From Diadema antillarum (taxonomy: Eukaryota), in assembly GCF_040938485.1 (NCBI RefSeq), contig NW_027271335.1, positions 620,001-684,000 of the forward strand: a stretch of 64,000 nucleotides of DNA. Reading direction: 5' to 3'. The notes under the pieces are model-generated. The model was given only the letters and a program-made list of their open reading frames with translations. It was not told the DNA's origin and searched no databases. Positions 32,575-43,013 of the stretch are shown one piece after another. The first letter of the stretch is position 1, and each line of letters starts with the position of its first letter. Made by a program: the position numbers and the translations under genes.

Positions 32575-33138
32575 TTCCTCATGTTCGGTAGGGAAGCTAG
32601 ACTGCCTGTTGATCTGCGATTTGGCACAAGCCCTGACAATTTCACTGGGACTGACCACGTGAAGTACGTCAGTGGTTTGCGCGATCAACTTACGCGGGCG
32701 TATAAACTTGCGTCAGCTGCATCCAACAAGTCTGCCAGTGCCAACAAGGTCCGCTATGATGCGAAAGTGCGAGCCAATGGCCTGAAACCTGGCGATCGCG
32801 TCCTTGTCAGGAACGTTGGACTGACTGGTAAGCAGAAATTAGCTGATAGATGGTATGCGAACCCTTATGTCATCACAAAGCGACTCAACCCTGATATGCC
32901 GGTTTACGAAGTTGCACCTGAAGACGGGATTGGTAGGACACGCACCCTACACCGCAACCTTCTCCTACCCATAGAGTACTTGAATGAGGCCCCAGCCCAT
33001 AACTCAGAGACCCAGAGACCAGGTAAGAAAAGGAATCCAGCTGATCGGACCCGTTCCAAAAGGTCCATTGCCCCTCCGAGTGAGGAAGAGTCTGATAGTT
33101 CAGACTCAAGTGATGAGGGGTGTACGCAAGCACATTAA
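32575..33138 (+). pseudogene. Integrase C-terminal region in the pol frame beyond the TAG, copy 1
   Basis: GFSP*FLMFGREARLPVDL...GDRVLVRN...WYANPYVI...RTLHRNLLLP (GPY/F region). Confidence 0.88.
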
Positions 33139-33721
33139 CCGCCCACATTCAGTACTTAACGTAAATGCGCCAGAGTTTGTCCCCTCCCAACCTCCCAGTA
33201 TTCCCTCTGAGACTACCAGCGAGACCCCTGAACAGGTCAACACAGCTGATGTAGTGAGTGACACAGGTGTTTCCGGCGGTTCCGTTTTATCCCCTGACCC
33301 CACTACTGAGGAGACATCAACCGACTCAGACTTAGAGAACCAGGCTGGCAGTGACATCAGCATAGATGCCACAAGTGCATCCAGTGGTTCTGGTAGAGCA
33401 ACACCGGATGATGCAGTACCCGATTTGAGAGGGGAGAGCATGGAGGAAGAGAGTAGACACACTAGCCCTTTACCCCCAGACGCAGAGTCCAGAGGTAACG
33501 CCCCTCATACTCTAGCAGAGCCCGAGGTTGAGCAAGCGCAAAATGCAAAGCAAGCAATCGATTCAGAGCCTGCCCCGCAATCCATCAGGCGCTCAACTCG
33601 CTCTTCAAGGCCGCCGCTACGCATGCAGTACGATACCCTTGGTGAACCCTCTGGTGCTAGGCAAGCAACTTCATCAGGATTTTTTGCTGACCTTAAGCGT
33701 AAGATCTTTGGCTTTGATTAA
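32984..33721 (+). CDS. Pol tail in the +1 frame (or separate ORF3) with PAM2 motif, copy 1
   Basis: SVLNVNAPEFVP at 33149-33184; acidic Ser/Thr/Pro tract; RRSTRSSRPPLRMQYDTLGEP Gypsy tail motif at 33587-33649. Confidence 0.65.
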   Translation: MRPQPITQRPRDQVRKGIQLIGPVPKGPLPLRVRKSLIVQTQVMRGVRKHINRPHSVLNVNAPEFVPSQPPSIPSETTSETPEQVNTADVVSDTGVSGGSVLSPDPTTEETSTDSDLENQAGSDISIDATSASSGSGRATPDDAVPDLRGESMEEESRHTSPLPPDAESRGNAPHTLAEPEVEQAQNAKQAIDSEPAPQSIRRSTRSSRPPLRMQYDTLGEPSGARQATSSGFFADLKRKIFGFD

Positions 33722-33751
33722 TCAAAGGTTCACAGGAGTGAACCCTGGTTT

Positions 33752-33763
33752 GAAAGGGGAGGA
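33752..33763 (+). other. Polypurine tract, copy 1
   Basis: GAAAGGGGAGGA abutting TGTAACC of the next LTR. Confidence 0.9.
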
Positions 33764-36710
33764 TGTAACCCCACCAAAATTTGGGTTACTAAGATTTCTC
33801 CAGAAATGTCGTCAGACTAGATTCCTACTTCCTTGGAAGACCCATGGTCACTGTTATCACCACCCCCTCCATTCATCCCTCCTCTGACGTCCGTACCCCA
33901 CCTGTTTTCCAACAACCCCTCGACCAGTGTACTAGTAACCCCCAAGATTAGTCTTAAGATTTCCCCTTCAGCCTTTGACCCCAATAGCCAATGTCCAATT
34001 GTAAGCCTGTGTGTATTGAGACTGGTCAAGCCCTGTGAAACGCCCCTGCTGGTGTTAGACTATGTAGGTGTAATAAAACTCAAGGATGGAGCAAGCTAGC
34101 CAGTCTAGGGATATTGTTTTAAGCACCCCTCCCTTTTGTTGGTGTGTAGGCACATCAAGAGAAACGAAAGGACCATGTCTCAGAAGAGGAAGGTCATTCT
34201 TGCTAGGACAAAGTAGTAGTTGCTTTGGGATTTAGGGACAGTGTCCTACCATGGGCAAAGCCTATACAGAGTGGACTGGTTCTAACTGTAGACCAACATT
34301 TTCTGTGACAATGACGTAGAGTGCACGTTTACCTTTTATATTACAGATACTGTTGTGCTACTATGATCAATGGCTGAAAGGATATGACTTTTTGCAAGAT
34401 TATTATTTGATATGTCATGTGTTCAGAACAAAGTGTGATCCACGCACTTCAGCATAAGAGATATGTATGTGCAGTGGTTATGTTTAATACATCATTTATG
34501 CAAATGAGATATAATTATGTCTCTATATTCTAATTGAGTGCTTTTATGACTTATGCTATACGATTTGTCTAGTATGTTAACTAGATCGGTGTTTGCATGA
34601 GTATAAACAATGTGTTATATAGCTATGCTGGTTAGGCAGCAGCTCTAGTGACCAAGGTCACAGGAGTGCAACTTTAAAGCCCTGTAGGCAGAATGCTCGA
34701 GAGTGACTGGAAAGCCTGTCGTTACTGCCCTTGGTCAATGTTAAGACTTTGTCTGGCCAAGTGGATGGTCAGTACGTCAGTAATGTTCCTGGAAGTCAAG
34801 GGGAATGAGTGACCTCTAGCCAATGAGGCAGACTTTGAATGATGTCATAGAAACATGAACCAATGAAATTTCTGCTGGTCAGTTAACTTCCTGGAAGTTT
34901 CTGATTTTCTCGAGAAAGTTTGTAATATTAACATTTTACAGAGAGACAGAAAATTATAAAAGCCCATAGCTTTGGAGCAAATAGGCATATCTGCTTCCTG
35001 CCAGCGCTTTGAGGCCTGCACCCACTTTGCTTGTTACATCGACTGTGTGATCCAGAAAGTTTTTTCACACATTTATCTGCTGAGAGGTTACCACAAAACA
35101 CTGGTAGACCCCCACAAGCATCAGCTGTATTGTTATATACAATTTTTATGTGCCTGTGATACAACTGGTTGTGGCACGTACATCCACTGACTGCCGTGTG
35201 GAGCAACTTGTAGTGAAAACGAGTGTTGGCTCTTTTGACTAGGTAAGTCATTGTATTTCTCATGTTATGTATTGCATTGGAGAGTGTTTGTAATTATGAA
35301 CCCCAATCCATAGACATGGAGGTTGCTTGTTAAGAAGAAGACTCTGATATCATGTATATAAATTCCGAAGTTATCATATGTTATGCCAAAAGTATTGATG
35401 ATTGATGATTGTTGCTTGTATATTATTTGAAGATATATTGCAATGCACTTCAAGGTATTTGCGCTTCGAATGTTTTATGAATGGACATGATTAGGCATAC
35501 ACTCAAGTTCATTATTAGACAGATGAAATTGGGAAACTGACTTGGCATTAGAAGTCAGATTTTAATTTGATTACATACATATTGAAATGCCCGGTAGACC
35601 CTCACACTCAGAGAAAGTGAGGCTATGCTCGTAAACATTGAGGTCTACAATGTGCAGCACCCCCCCCCCCCTCGTCTGAACTGACAGATTTATGTCCACT
35701 GACCGTTCCCTGTGAGTGACAGAGGTCACTGCACTATTGAATTGTGGAATGTTTAACTCTAGAGGGGGAGGACTAGCCACTAGATGTGAAGAACCTTGCA
35801 AAGAACTAAATGTGAGGAATAGTTGTGCCATTGTGAATATAAAAAGGTTATACATTCATGCTCTTTAGAATGTATACATGTTAACTGTACATGCGTGGTA
35901 AGGTGTACAACTGCTCAGTGTAATTATTGTGTGCGTGGAGCATTATTTCCACTCAAACTATAATATTTGAATCGGAGTCACAATATTTGTCGACCCCAGA
36001 TGAAGCAACTATACTGCCAGTCGATCAGATAGATCAAAGCTTTATTTGTGGCAGCAGTGTTGGATATAATTCAGGATGCTGAAAATGTTTAACTGAAGAG
36101 AAGTTATTCTGACCGTATTTAGCACCTGTATGTCAAAATGAATTGACAAACATTTGAATGTATGTGACTGGAATTTGTATCTGTATTGTCTAATGCGCTC
36201 ATATATGTTTATGAGGCATGTATATGTAGAGACAATGTATCAGATCAGATTTTGGAGTGGACTTCCATACTCCTGAAGAAATATTATTGATTAGAAAGAC
36301 ACTATATTAGGAAAGTCCTGTGTCTTATAAATTCTTTTGACTAGATACATATTTGGACGAGAGCTTTGGCCAGCCTTTGCTTGGTTCAGCGTGACTGACG
36401 GCTACTGAGCATTGCATCAGCTACCGTGTACGACTGGTTTGCGACTACTCTGGGCTCGTCGACAGGATAACCGGCGAGAGAGACAAAGAGACAGCAACGA
36501 GTCGAAATATCGTCATACACTGGCAAATATTTAATTATGCTAATGTAACAAAGGTTACATTTGAGTCTGTGAACATATTGAATTGAATGATGTACTTTGT
36601 TGAACGACAAACAAGTTAATAAAGTTTGTCATTGGATTATTTTGTCAAAACTGAATCCCAGGTGTGATATTCTTTATTTATGAACTCGGGAGTGTAACAT
36701 TCGGGTTACA
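33764..36710 (+). repeat. LTR 2 (2947 bp, carries a 141-bp deletion), shared
   Basis: Same termini; GTGCACGT joined to TTACCTTTT at 34328/34329. Confidence 0.95.
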
Positions 36711-36715
36711 TAAAT

Positions 36716-36733
36716 TGGGGGCTTGTCCGGGAA
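36716..36733 (+). other. tRNA-Pro PBS, copy 2
   Basis: Identical to copy 1. Confidence 0.88.
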
Positions 36734-36887
36734 CTATAATTGTTTCTTAATTGTATAATTGCATTTGTTTGGTGACACATGTTACCGAAACTGAGTCTTG
36801 GTTATCATTGTTGATTGTTACTGTTACATTCACCATTTTCGTTCTATTGTACCAAAGAGCCAACACTCGTGTGCAGGAAACAAAGCG

Positions 36888-38321
36888 ATGGCAGGTAAAA
36901 GTTTGAAGCAGATTGGTCAGGATTGGTGCAAGAAGGAGGAGATTAGAGTAGAGAATGCCCTCCTACTTGCAACAGGTATAAAGACTGTGCCAACAGAGGT
37001 GTTTGCACTGGCACTGTCAGAGTTATATCCCACATTACTTGAGGTGTTAAGACGGGATGATCCCGATACAGGGGAAACATTGCTCCTGTGTGAATTCGAA
37101 GATGCAGTTGCTATGTTAGGATTACAGGCACAGATTGTCATTCCAGTAGATGGGGAGACTATGTGCAGAGTAGTGAGGTTAGACGGTTTAGGACCAGTCA
37201 GAGGAAATAGGGTCAGTGTCAAGGACCTGAGGGAGAGAGGTTTAGTTAGGGAATGGAGAAAAGCAGGACGTAGAGCTCAGGAAGTCCAGTCTCAAGACAT
37301 CCCTACTACTAACAACCTTCCACCCCCTTCCCCTGGTATCAGTGAACCATCCATGTCCTTCCCTGATCGAGACATCCCAATTTTAGCAGCTTCACTAGCA
37401 CGGTGTGGGCTGACCACAGGGTATCGGAAACTGCGATGCTTCTCTGGTGCAAAGACAGCAGCGCGTGATGAGGATAGCTACCCCATCTGGATAGAGCACG
37501 TTGAGAGCCAGATGGAGGAGTGGCAGACTCTGGATGATGCTGAGCGGCGCAAGCGCATTCGTGAGTCATTGCGTCCGCCTGCGTCAAGCATCATTACAGA
37601 CCTTAGGCGTGAGAATCCCCAGGCCTGCTCTGCAGACTACCTCAGGGCTCTGGATCTGGCTTTTGGCGATACTGACACAGATGATGAACTGTTTGTCAGA
37701 TTTCATCAGACAGTCCAGGCTGAAGGTGAGTCTCCCTCTGAGTATCTTTCTCGCTTACAGGAAGTCATGCGCCATGTGGTTAGGCGGGGAGTTGTCAAGC
37801 CACATGACGCCAACAAGGTGAGACTGCGACAATTCATCAGGGGCATCCTCTACCATGAAATGCTCCTAGTAAACCTACAGCTCAGGGAGCGCCTGGAGAA
37901 ACCACCATCCTTCCTGGAACTCCTGTCTTCAGTGAGGAAGCAGGAAGAAGAGGAAAGGGTGAAGAAATCTCTGTCTGCCTCGAGACCCCCCGTTAGCCCA
38001 AAACCAAAGCAGGCTGCCCACCGTAAGGTAGAGCCCTCTATTCTGCCACCCCACGCAGCCCCTCAACCCCATGTCCTTCCCCAACCAGCACCTCCACCAG
38101 CACCCCAACCCACCAATAATCCCCCCAAATCTCAGTCGTCCCAGCAGAGTAATACTGGTGTTGTTTGCTTCAAGTGTGGAGAGGAGGGCCATATCAGTAG
38201 AAATTGCCAAAATTCTGTTCCCCCTGACGTACTGAGTAAAAGACTTGTCAACTACATCCTTGGCAACCAGGGAAACGAGAAAGGGCGCCTGGGAAGGGGA
38301 AACCAGGGGCCCCAAAAATAG
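36888..38321 (+). CDS. PNMA-like Gag, copy 2
   Basis: Same translation as copy 1. Confidence 0.92.
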   Translation: MAGKSLKQIGQDWCKKEEIRVENALLLATGIKTVPTEVFALALSELYPTLLEVLRRDDPDTGETLLLCEFEDAVAMLGLQAQIVIPVDGETMCRVVRLDGLGPVRGNRVSVKDLRERGLVREWRKAGRRAQEVQSQDIPTTNNLPPPSPGISEPSMSFPDRDIPILAASLARCGLTTGYRKLRCFSGAKTAARDEDSYPIWIEHVESQMEEWQTLDDAERRKRIRESLRPPASSIITDLRRENPQACSADYLRALDLAFGDTDTDDELFVRFHQTVQAEGESPSEYLSRLQEVMRHVVRRGVVKPHDANKVRLRQFIRGILYHEMLLVNLQLRERLEKPPSFLELLSSVRKQEEEERVKKSLSASRPPVSPKPKQAAHRKVEPSILPPHAAPQPHVLPQPAPPPAPQPTNNPPKSQSSQQSNTGVVCFKCGEEGHISRNCQNSVPPDVLSKRLVNYILGNQGNEKGRLGRGNQGPQK

Positions 38322-41300
38322 ATTCTCCCCCACTTGTTTCTAAAGTTGAGGTTTCCAAGAACGATGTTCCTGAAGGTTTAGTAGGAGATGCTATCAACCC
38401 AAAATGTTGGATAGATGGAAAGGAGACAAAATGCCTTCTTGATAGTGGGTCTCAGGTCACTCTTATACACAAGAGCCTTTTCGACACACTAGATAGGGAA
38501 TTGCATGGACTGAGTGACCTAGTCCTGTACCATGGAGGAGATGGGACTATGCCCTATCTGGGTTGGGCTTACGTCAACATAGGTTTTGAACGGTCATTTG
38601 CTGGCACAGGGACTGAGTTTAGTACATTGGCTCTTGTAGTACCAGACCCCCAGCGTCCCTGTGACCATAGAGTGATTATTGGCACTAATTCAGGACTTTT
38701 CAGGCACTGTTTTGAATCTTGTAGGAGGATGGCTGGAGCACGCTTTGCCCAGTCATTGCAGATAAGTGCTACCTGCAGGGATATCTACGCCAGCATATCG
38801 AAACAAGAGAAGGTGTCCCCTGATGGCAAATTGGGCACTGCTAGGACCAAGAAAGGACATAGCACGCAAATACCTCCCCACTCCAAATTGGTAATGACCG
38901 CCCAAATTAGGAATCCCCTGAAAGAAGAAATGACTGTTTTCGTAGAGTCCAATCCCCACAGCAGACTTCCAAGTGGGTTACACATAGCCCCAGGAGTACA
39001 AAAATTGTCAGGTGGTGCGATTGGAAAGGTAAGGGTGCTGGTGACCAATAGTAGCCCTGAGTCTATCACTGTCCCTGGCAACTGCCCAATAGTAGATGCC
39101 TATGTCCCCGACAAGTGTTTCCCTACCCCTAGTAGTTTTCCTACCCAGCCTCACAGTTACACCGAGGCAACCCATTCCCAAGTAGGTGCTAATGTAGGCG
39201 ATAACACCCCTTCCCCTCAAGTTGACGTTAGTGAGCTGCCCATCAATTGGGGCCCGATTTCCCCGGAGTGGAAAGAAAGGCTGCTCAATCAGTGCAGGCA
39301 GAAGAGTGATGTGTTCTCCAGGCATGAATTTGACCTAGGCAGTACAGGCTATGCGGAGCATCAGATTCGTGTTAACGATGACACACCATTCCGTGAGAGG
39401 TCTCGGAGGGTGCCTCCCTCTGATCTTAGGGACTTGCAGCAACATCTTCAACAGCTGTTGGAGAACAACATAATTAAGGAGTCTAAGAGTCCCTATGCCT
39501 CTCCAATTGTGCTGGTTCGGAAAAAGAATGGTACTTTGAGAATGTGCGTCGACTACCGTACACTCAATTCTCGTACCATTCCCGACCAGTACACAGTGCC
39601 CCTGATACAGGAGGCCATTGATTCCCTGAGTGGCAGTAAATGGTTTTCTGTTATCGACTTAAAGTCGGGATTCTATCAAATCCCGATGCGTGAATCTGAC
39701 AAGGAGAAGACGGCCTTCACTTGTCCTTTGGGGTTTTACCAGTTCGAGCGTATGCCCCAAGGGGTGAAGGGAGCACCAGCAACCTTCCAGAGGCTGATGG
39801 AGAAGTGCATGTCAGGTCTGAACATGTTAGAGGTGTTGGTGTACATGGATGACCTGATAATCTTCTCCAAAACGCTGGAGGAAATGGAGGAGCGCCTGGC
39901 TAGGGTACTGGATAGGTTGCAGCAATTTGGCTTGAAGGTGTCCCCAGAAAAATGCCAATTTTGCTGTCAGTCGGTTAGGTACCTTGGTCATGTAGTCTCC
40001 GAGGCTGGGGTACAGACAGACCCAGACAAAGTGGCCGATGTAAGAACCTGGCCCAGGCCACAGACAGTGAGGCATGTCAAGTCTTTCTTAGGATTTGCTG
40101 GCTATTACCGGCGATTCATAAAGGACTATGCCAAGATTTCCCGTCCTTTGAACGCACTTACAAGTGGGTGCGTTTACCCCAGGAAGCGAGGACGTCCACC
40201 TCCAAAGAAAGATCCGAGCCCGGATGCACGAAAGGCAAGTGACCCCCTTGGTGATGCTTGGACTGAGGAGTGTGAGAATGCTTTTCAGGCTTTGAAGCAT
40301 TGTCTGGTCACAGCCCCAGTCTTAGCCTTCGCAGACCTGTCAAAGCCCTTTGTGCTCCATGTTGATGCCAGCCGTGATGGACTGGGTGGTGTCCTGTATC
40401 AAGATCATGGAGGTAAGCTTCGTCCAGTGGCATATGGAAGTCGGGGACTGTCCCACAGTGAGAAGAACTATCCAGCCCACAAGCTGGAATTTCTTGCTCT
40501 AAAGTGGGCAGTTACCGACAAGTTCAGGGATTATCTGTATGCAGCAAAAGGTGCGCGGGTTATGACTGATAATAACCCACTAACATATGTCCTGACATCG
40601 GCAAAACTCGATGCCACAGGACATAGATGGCTTGCTGCACTTTCCTGCTTTGATTTTTCCATCCATTATAAGCCAGGAAAGACGAACATTGAAGCAGATG
40701 TACTGTCACGGAAACCACATCCTCCCGGCCTCGACAAGGAGTTTGAGGCTCGCCAGCAGTGCAAGATTAGTGATCTGGAGGCAAGGCTGCATGAGACGTC
40801 AGACTCAGGTGAGAAAGTGTCCACACTCTCTGCCTTCTGTCAGACGCATTATGTTTCAGCCAACTCTCCTCATAGAAGCCAGCCATACGTTGAGACCCTG
40901 TGTGCCAGTGCAGAGTCTATCCCAGGTCTGTATGCGAAGGGCTCAGACCTGAATGTAGTAGACTGGGCACAGGCTCAAAAGGCAGATCCGCAACTGAAAC
41001 TAGTCAGGGATTATGTTGAACGTGGGGAGAGGCCACAGTCTTATACCGGCCTTTCAAGAGAGGCTGCCCTGATACTCCGCGAGTTCGACAGGCTAGTTCT
41101 GTGCAAAGGAGTCCTCTACAGAACTTTCACTGACTCCTTAGGGAACCGCCATCACCAGTTAGTATTGCCTGCCCAGCGCCGTGTCGAGGCAATGAGGGGC
41201 ATACACGACAGTGTTGGCCACCTTGGAATCGAGAAGTCCATAGCGTTGGCTAGAGACAGGTTCTACTGGCCAAAGATGAGTGCTGACATTACGGAGTGGG

Positions 41301-41824
41301 TCAAGCATTGCCCTCGTTGTATAGCAAGAAAGACTCCTCCAAAGCCAGCAGCCCCATTGGTGAGTATTCACACAACCAGCCCCCTGGAGCTGGTTTGCAT
41401 GGACTTTCTCTCCCTAGAACCAGACCGCTCGAATAAGAAGTCTATCTTGGTAGTGACGGATCACTACACACGATACGCACAAGCCTTCCCAACGAAGGAT
41501 CAGACTGCTGCCACTGTCGCCAAGGTCCTGTGGGAGAACTTCTTTGTACATTATGGTCTGCCCCAACGCCTTCATTCTGATCAAGGTAGGGACTTTGAGA
41601 GTAAAGTGATCCATGAGCTGTCAAGGCTCCTTGGCATTAAGAAATCAAGGACAACTCCTTACCATCCCCAGGGAGACCCTCAGCCTGAGCGTTTCAACAG
41701 AACGCTACTGGACATGCTAGGGACCCTGGAGGAGGAGAAGAAGGCAAATTGGAGCAAGTACGTAAGTGCACTTGTACACGCTTACAATTGTTCAAGGAAT
41801 GACAGTACTGGTTTCTCACCTTAG
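38270..41824 (+). CDS. Pol, copy 2 (begins at the GGGAAAC frameshift signal, ends at in-frame TAG)
   Basis: As copy 1, except CRQKSD and RPVAYG. Confidence 0.95.
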   Translation, partial: GKRERAPGKGKPGAPKIDSPPLVSKVEVSKNDVPEGLVGDAINPKCWIDGKETKCLLDSGSQVTLIHKSLFDTLDRELHGLSDLVLYHGGDGTMPYLGWAYVNIGFERSFAGTGTEFSTLALVVPDPQRPCDHRVIIGTNSGLFRHCFESCRRMAGARFAQSLQISATCRDIYASISKQEKVSPDGKLGTARTKKGHSTQIPPHSKLVMTAQIRNPLKEEMTVFVESNPHSRLPSGLHIAPGVQKLSGGAIGKVRVLVTNSSPESITVPGNCPIVDAYVPDKCFPTPSSFPTQPHSYTEATHSQVGANVGDNTPSPQVDVSELPINWGPISPEWKERLLNQCRQKSDVFSRHEFDLGSTGYAEHQIRVNDDTPFRERSRRVPPSDLRDLQQHLQQLLENNIIKESKSPYASPIVLVRKKNGTLRMCVDYRTLNSRTIPDQYTVPLIQEAIDSLSGSKWFSVIDLKSGFYQIPMRESDKEKTAFTCPLGFYQFERMPQGVKGAPATFQRLMEKCMSGLNMLEVLVYMDDLIIFSKTLEEMEERLARVLDRLQQFGLKVSPEKCQFCCQSVRYLGHVVSEAGVQTDPDKVADVRTWPRPQTVRHVKSFLGFAGYYRRFIKDYAKISRPLNALTSGCVYPRKRGRPPPKKDPSPDARKASDPLGDAWTEECENAFQALKHCLVTAPVLAFADLSKPFVLHVDASRDGLGGVLYQDHGGKLRPVAYGSRGLSHSEKNYPAHKLEFLALKWAVTDKFRDYLYAAKGARVMTDNNPLTYVLTSAKLDATGHRWLAALSCFDFSIHYKPGKTNIEADVLSRKPHPPGLDKEFEARQQCKISDLEARLHETSDSGEKVSTLSAFCQTHYVSANSPHRSQPYVETLCASAESIPGLYAKGSDLNVVDWAQAQKADPQLKLVRDYVERGERPQSYTGLSREAALILREFDRLVLCKGVLYRTFTDSLGNRHHQLVLPAQRRVEAMRGIHDSVGHLGIEKSIALARDRFYWPKMSADITEWVKHCPRCIARKTPPKPAAPLVSIHTTSPLELVCMDFLSLEPDRSNKKSILVVTDHYTRYAQAFPTKDQTAATVAKVLWENFFVHYGLPQRLHSDQGRDFESKVIHELSRLLGIKKSRTTPYHPQGDPQPERFNRTLLDMLGTLEEEKKANWSKYVSALVHAYNCSRNDSTGFSP

Positions 41825-42388
41825 TTCCTCATGTTCGGTAGGGAAGCTAGACTGCCTGTTGATCTGCGATTTGGCACAAGCCCTGACAATTTCACTGGGA
41901 CTGACCACGTGAAGTACGTCAGTGGTTTGCGCGATCAACTTACGCGGGCGTATAAACTTGCGTCAGCTGCATCCAACAAGTCTGCCAGTGCCAACAAGGT
42001 CCGCTATGATGCGAAAGTGCGAGCCAATGGCCTGAAACCTGGCGATCGCGTCCTTGTCAGGAACGTTGGACTGACTGGTAAGCAGAAATTAGCTGATAGA
42101 TGGTATGCGAACCCTTATGTCATCACAAAGCGACTCAACCCTGATATGCCGGTTTACGAAGTTGCACCTGAAGACGGGATTGGTAGGACACGCACCCTAC
42201 ACCGCAACCTTCTCCTACCCATAGAGTACTTGAATGAGGCCCCAGCCCATAACTCAGAGACCCAGAGACCAGGTAAGAAAAGGAATCCAGCTGATCGGAC
42301 CCGTTCCAAAAGGTCCATTGCCCCTCCGAGTGAGGAAGAGTCTGATAGTTCAGACTCAAGTGATGAGGGGTGTACGCAAGCACATTAA
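41825..42388 (+). pseudogene. Integrase C-terminal region beyond the TAG, copy 2
   Basis: Same as copy 1. Confidence 0.88.
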
Positions 42389-42971
42389 CCGCCCACATTC
42401 AGTACTTAACGTAAATGCGCCAGAGTTTGTCCCCTCCCAACCTCCCAGTATTCCCTCTGAGACTACCAGCGAGACCCCTGAACAGGTCAACACAGCTGAT
42501 GTAGTGAGTGACACAGGTGTTTCCGGCGGTTCCGTTTTATCCCCTGACCCCACTACTGAGGAGACATCAACCGACTCAGACTTAGAGAACCAGGCTGGCA
42601 GTGACATCAGCATAGATGCCACAAGTGCATCCAGTGGTTCTGGTAGAGCAACACCGGATGATGCAGTACCCGATTTGAGAGGGGAGAGCATGGAGGAAGA
42701 GAGTAGACACACTAGCCCTTTACCCCCAGACGCAGAGTCCAGAGGTAACGCCCCTCATACTCTAGCAGAGCCCGAGGTTGAGCAAGCGCAAAATGCAAAG
42801 CAAGCAATCGATTCAGAGCCTGCCCCGCAATCCATCAGGCGCTCAACTCGCTCTTCAAGGCCGCCGCTACGCATGCAGTACGATACCCTTGGTGAACCCT
42901 CTGGTGCTAGGCAAGCAACTTCATCAGGATTTTTTGCTGACCTTAAGCGTAAGATCTTTGGCTTTGATTAA
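42234..42971 (+). CDS. PAM2-containing Pol tail ORF, copy 2
   Basis: Same as copy 1. Confidence 0.65.
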   Translation: MRPQPITQRPRDQVRKGIQLIGPVPKGPLPLRVRKSLIVQTQVMRGVRKHINRPHSVLNVNAPEFVPSQPPSIPSETTSETPEQVNTADVVSDTGVSGGSVLSPDPTTEETSTDSDLENQAGSDISIDATSASSGSGRATPDDAVPDLRGESMEEESRHTSPLPPDAESRGNAPHTLAEPEVEQAQNAKQAIDSEPAPQSIRRSTRSSRPPLRMQYDTLGEPSGARQATSSGFFADLKRKIFGFD

Positions 42972-43001
42972 TCAAAGGTTCACAGGAGTGAACCCTGGTT
43001 T

Positions 43002-43013
43002 GAAAGGGGAGGA
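43002..43013 (+). other. Polypurine tract, copy 2
   Basis: GAAAGGGGAGGA before LTR 3. Confidence 0.9.

Noticed and set aside
32575-32620. MLV-like readthrough pseudoknot after the integrase TAG
   Set aside because: No 8-nt purine spacer with a GC-rich stem; only weak TTCC/GGAA pairing.
32984-33721. Third ORF as an envelope gene
   Set aside because: Hydrophilic and acidic with no signal peptide or TM helix, and it ends in a typical integrase tail motif.
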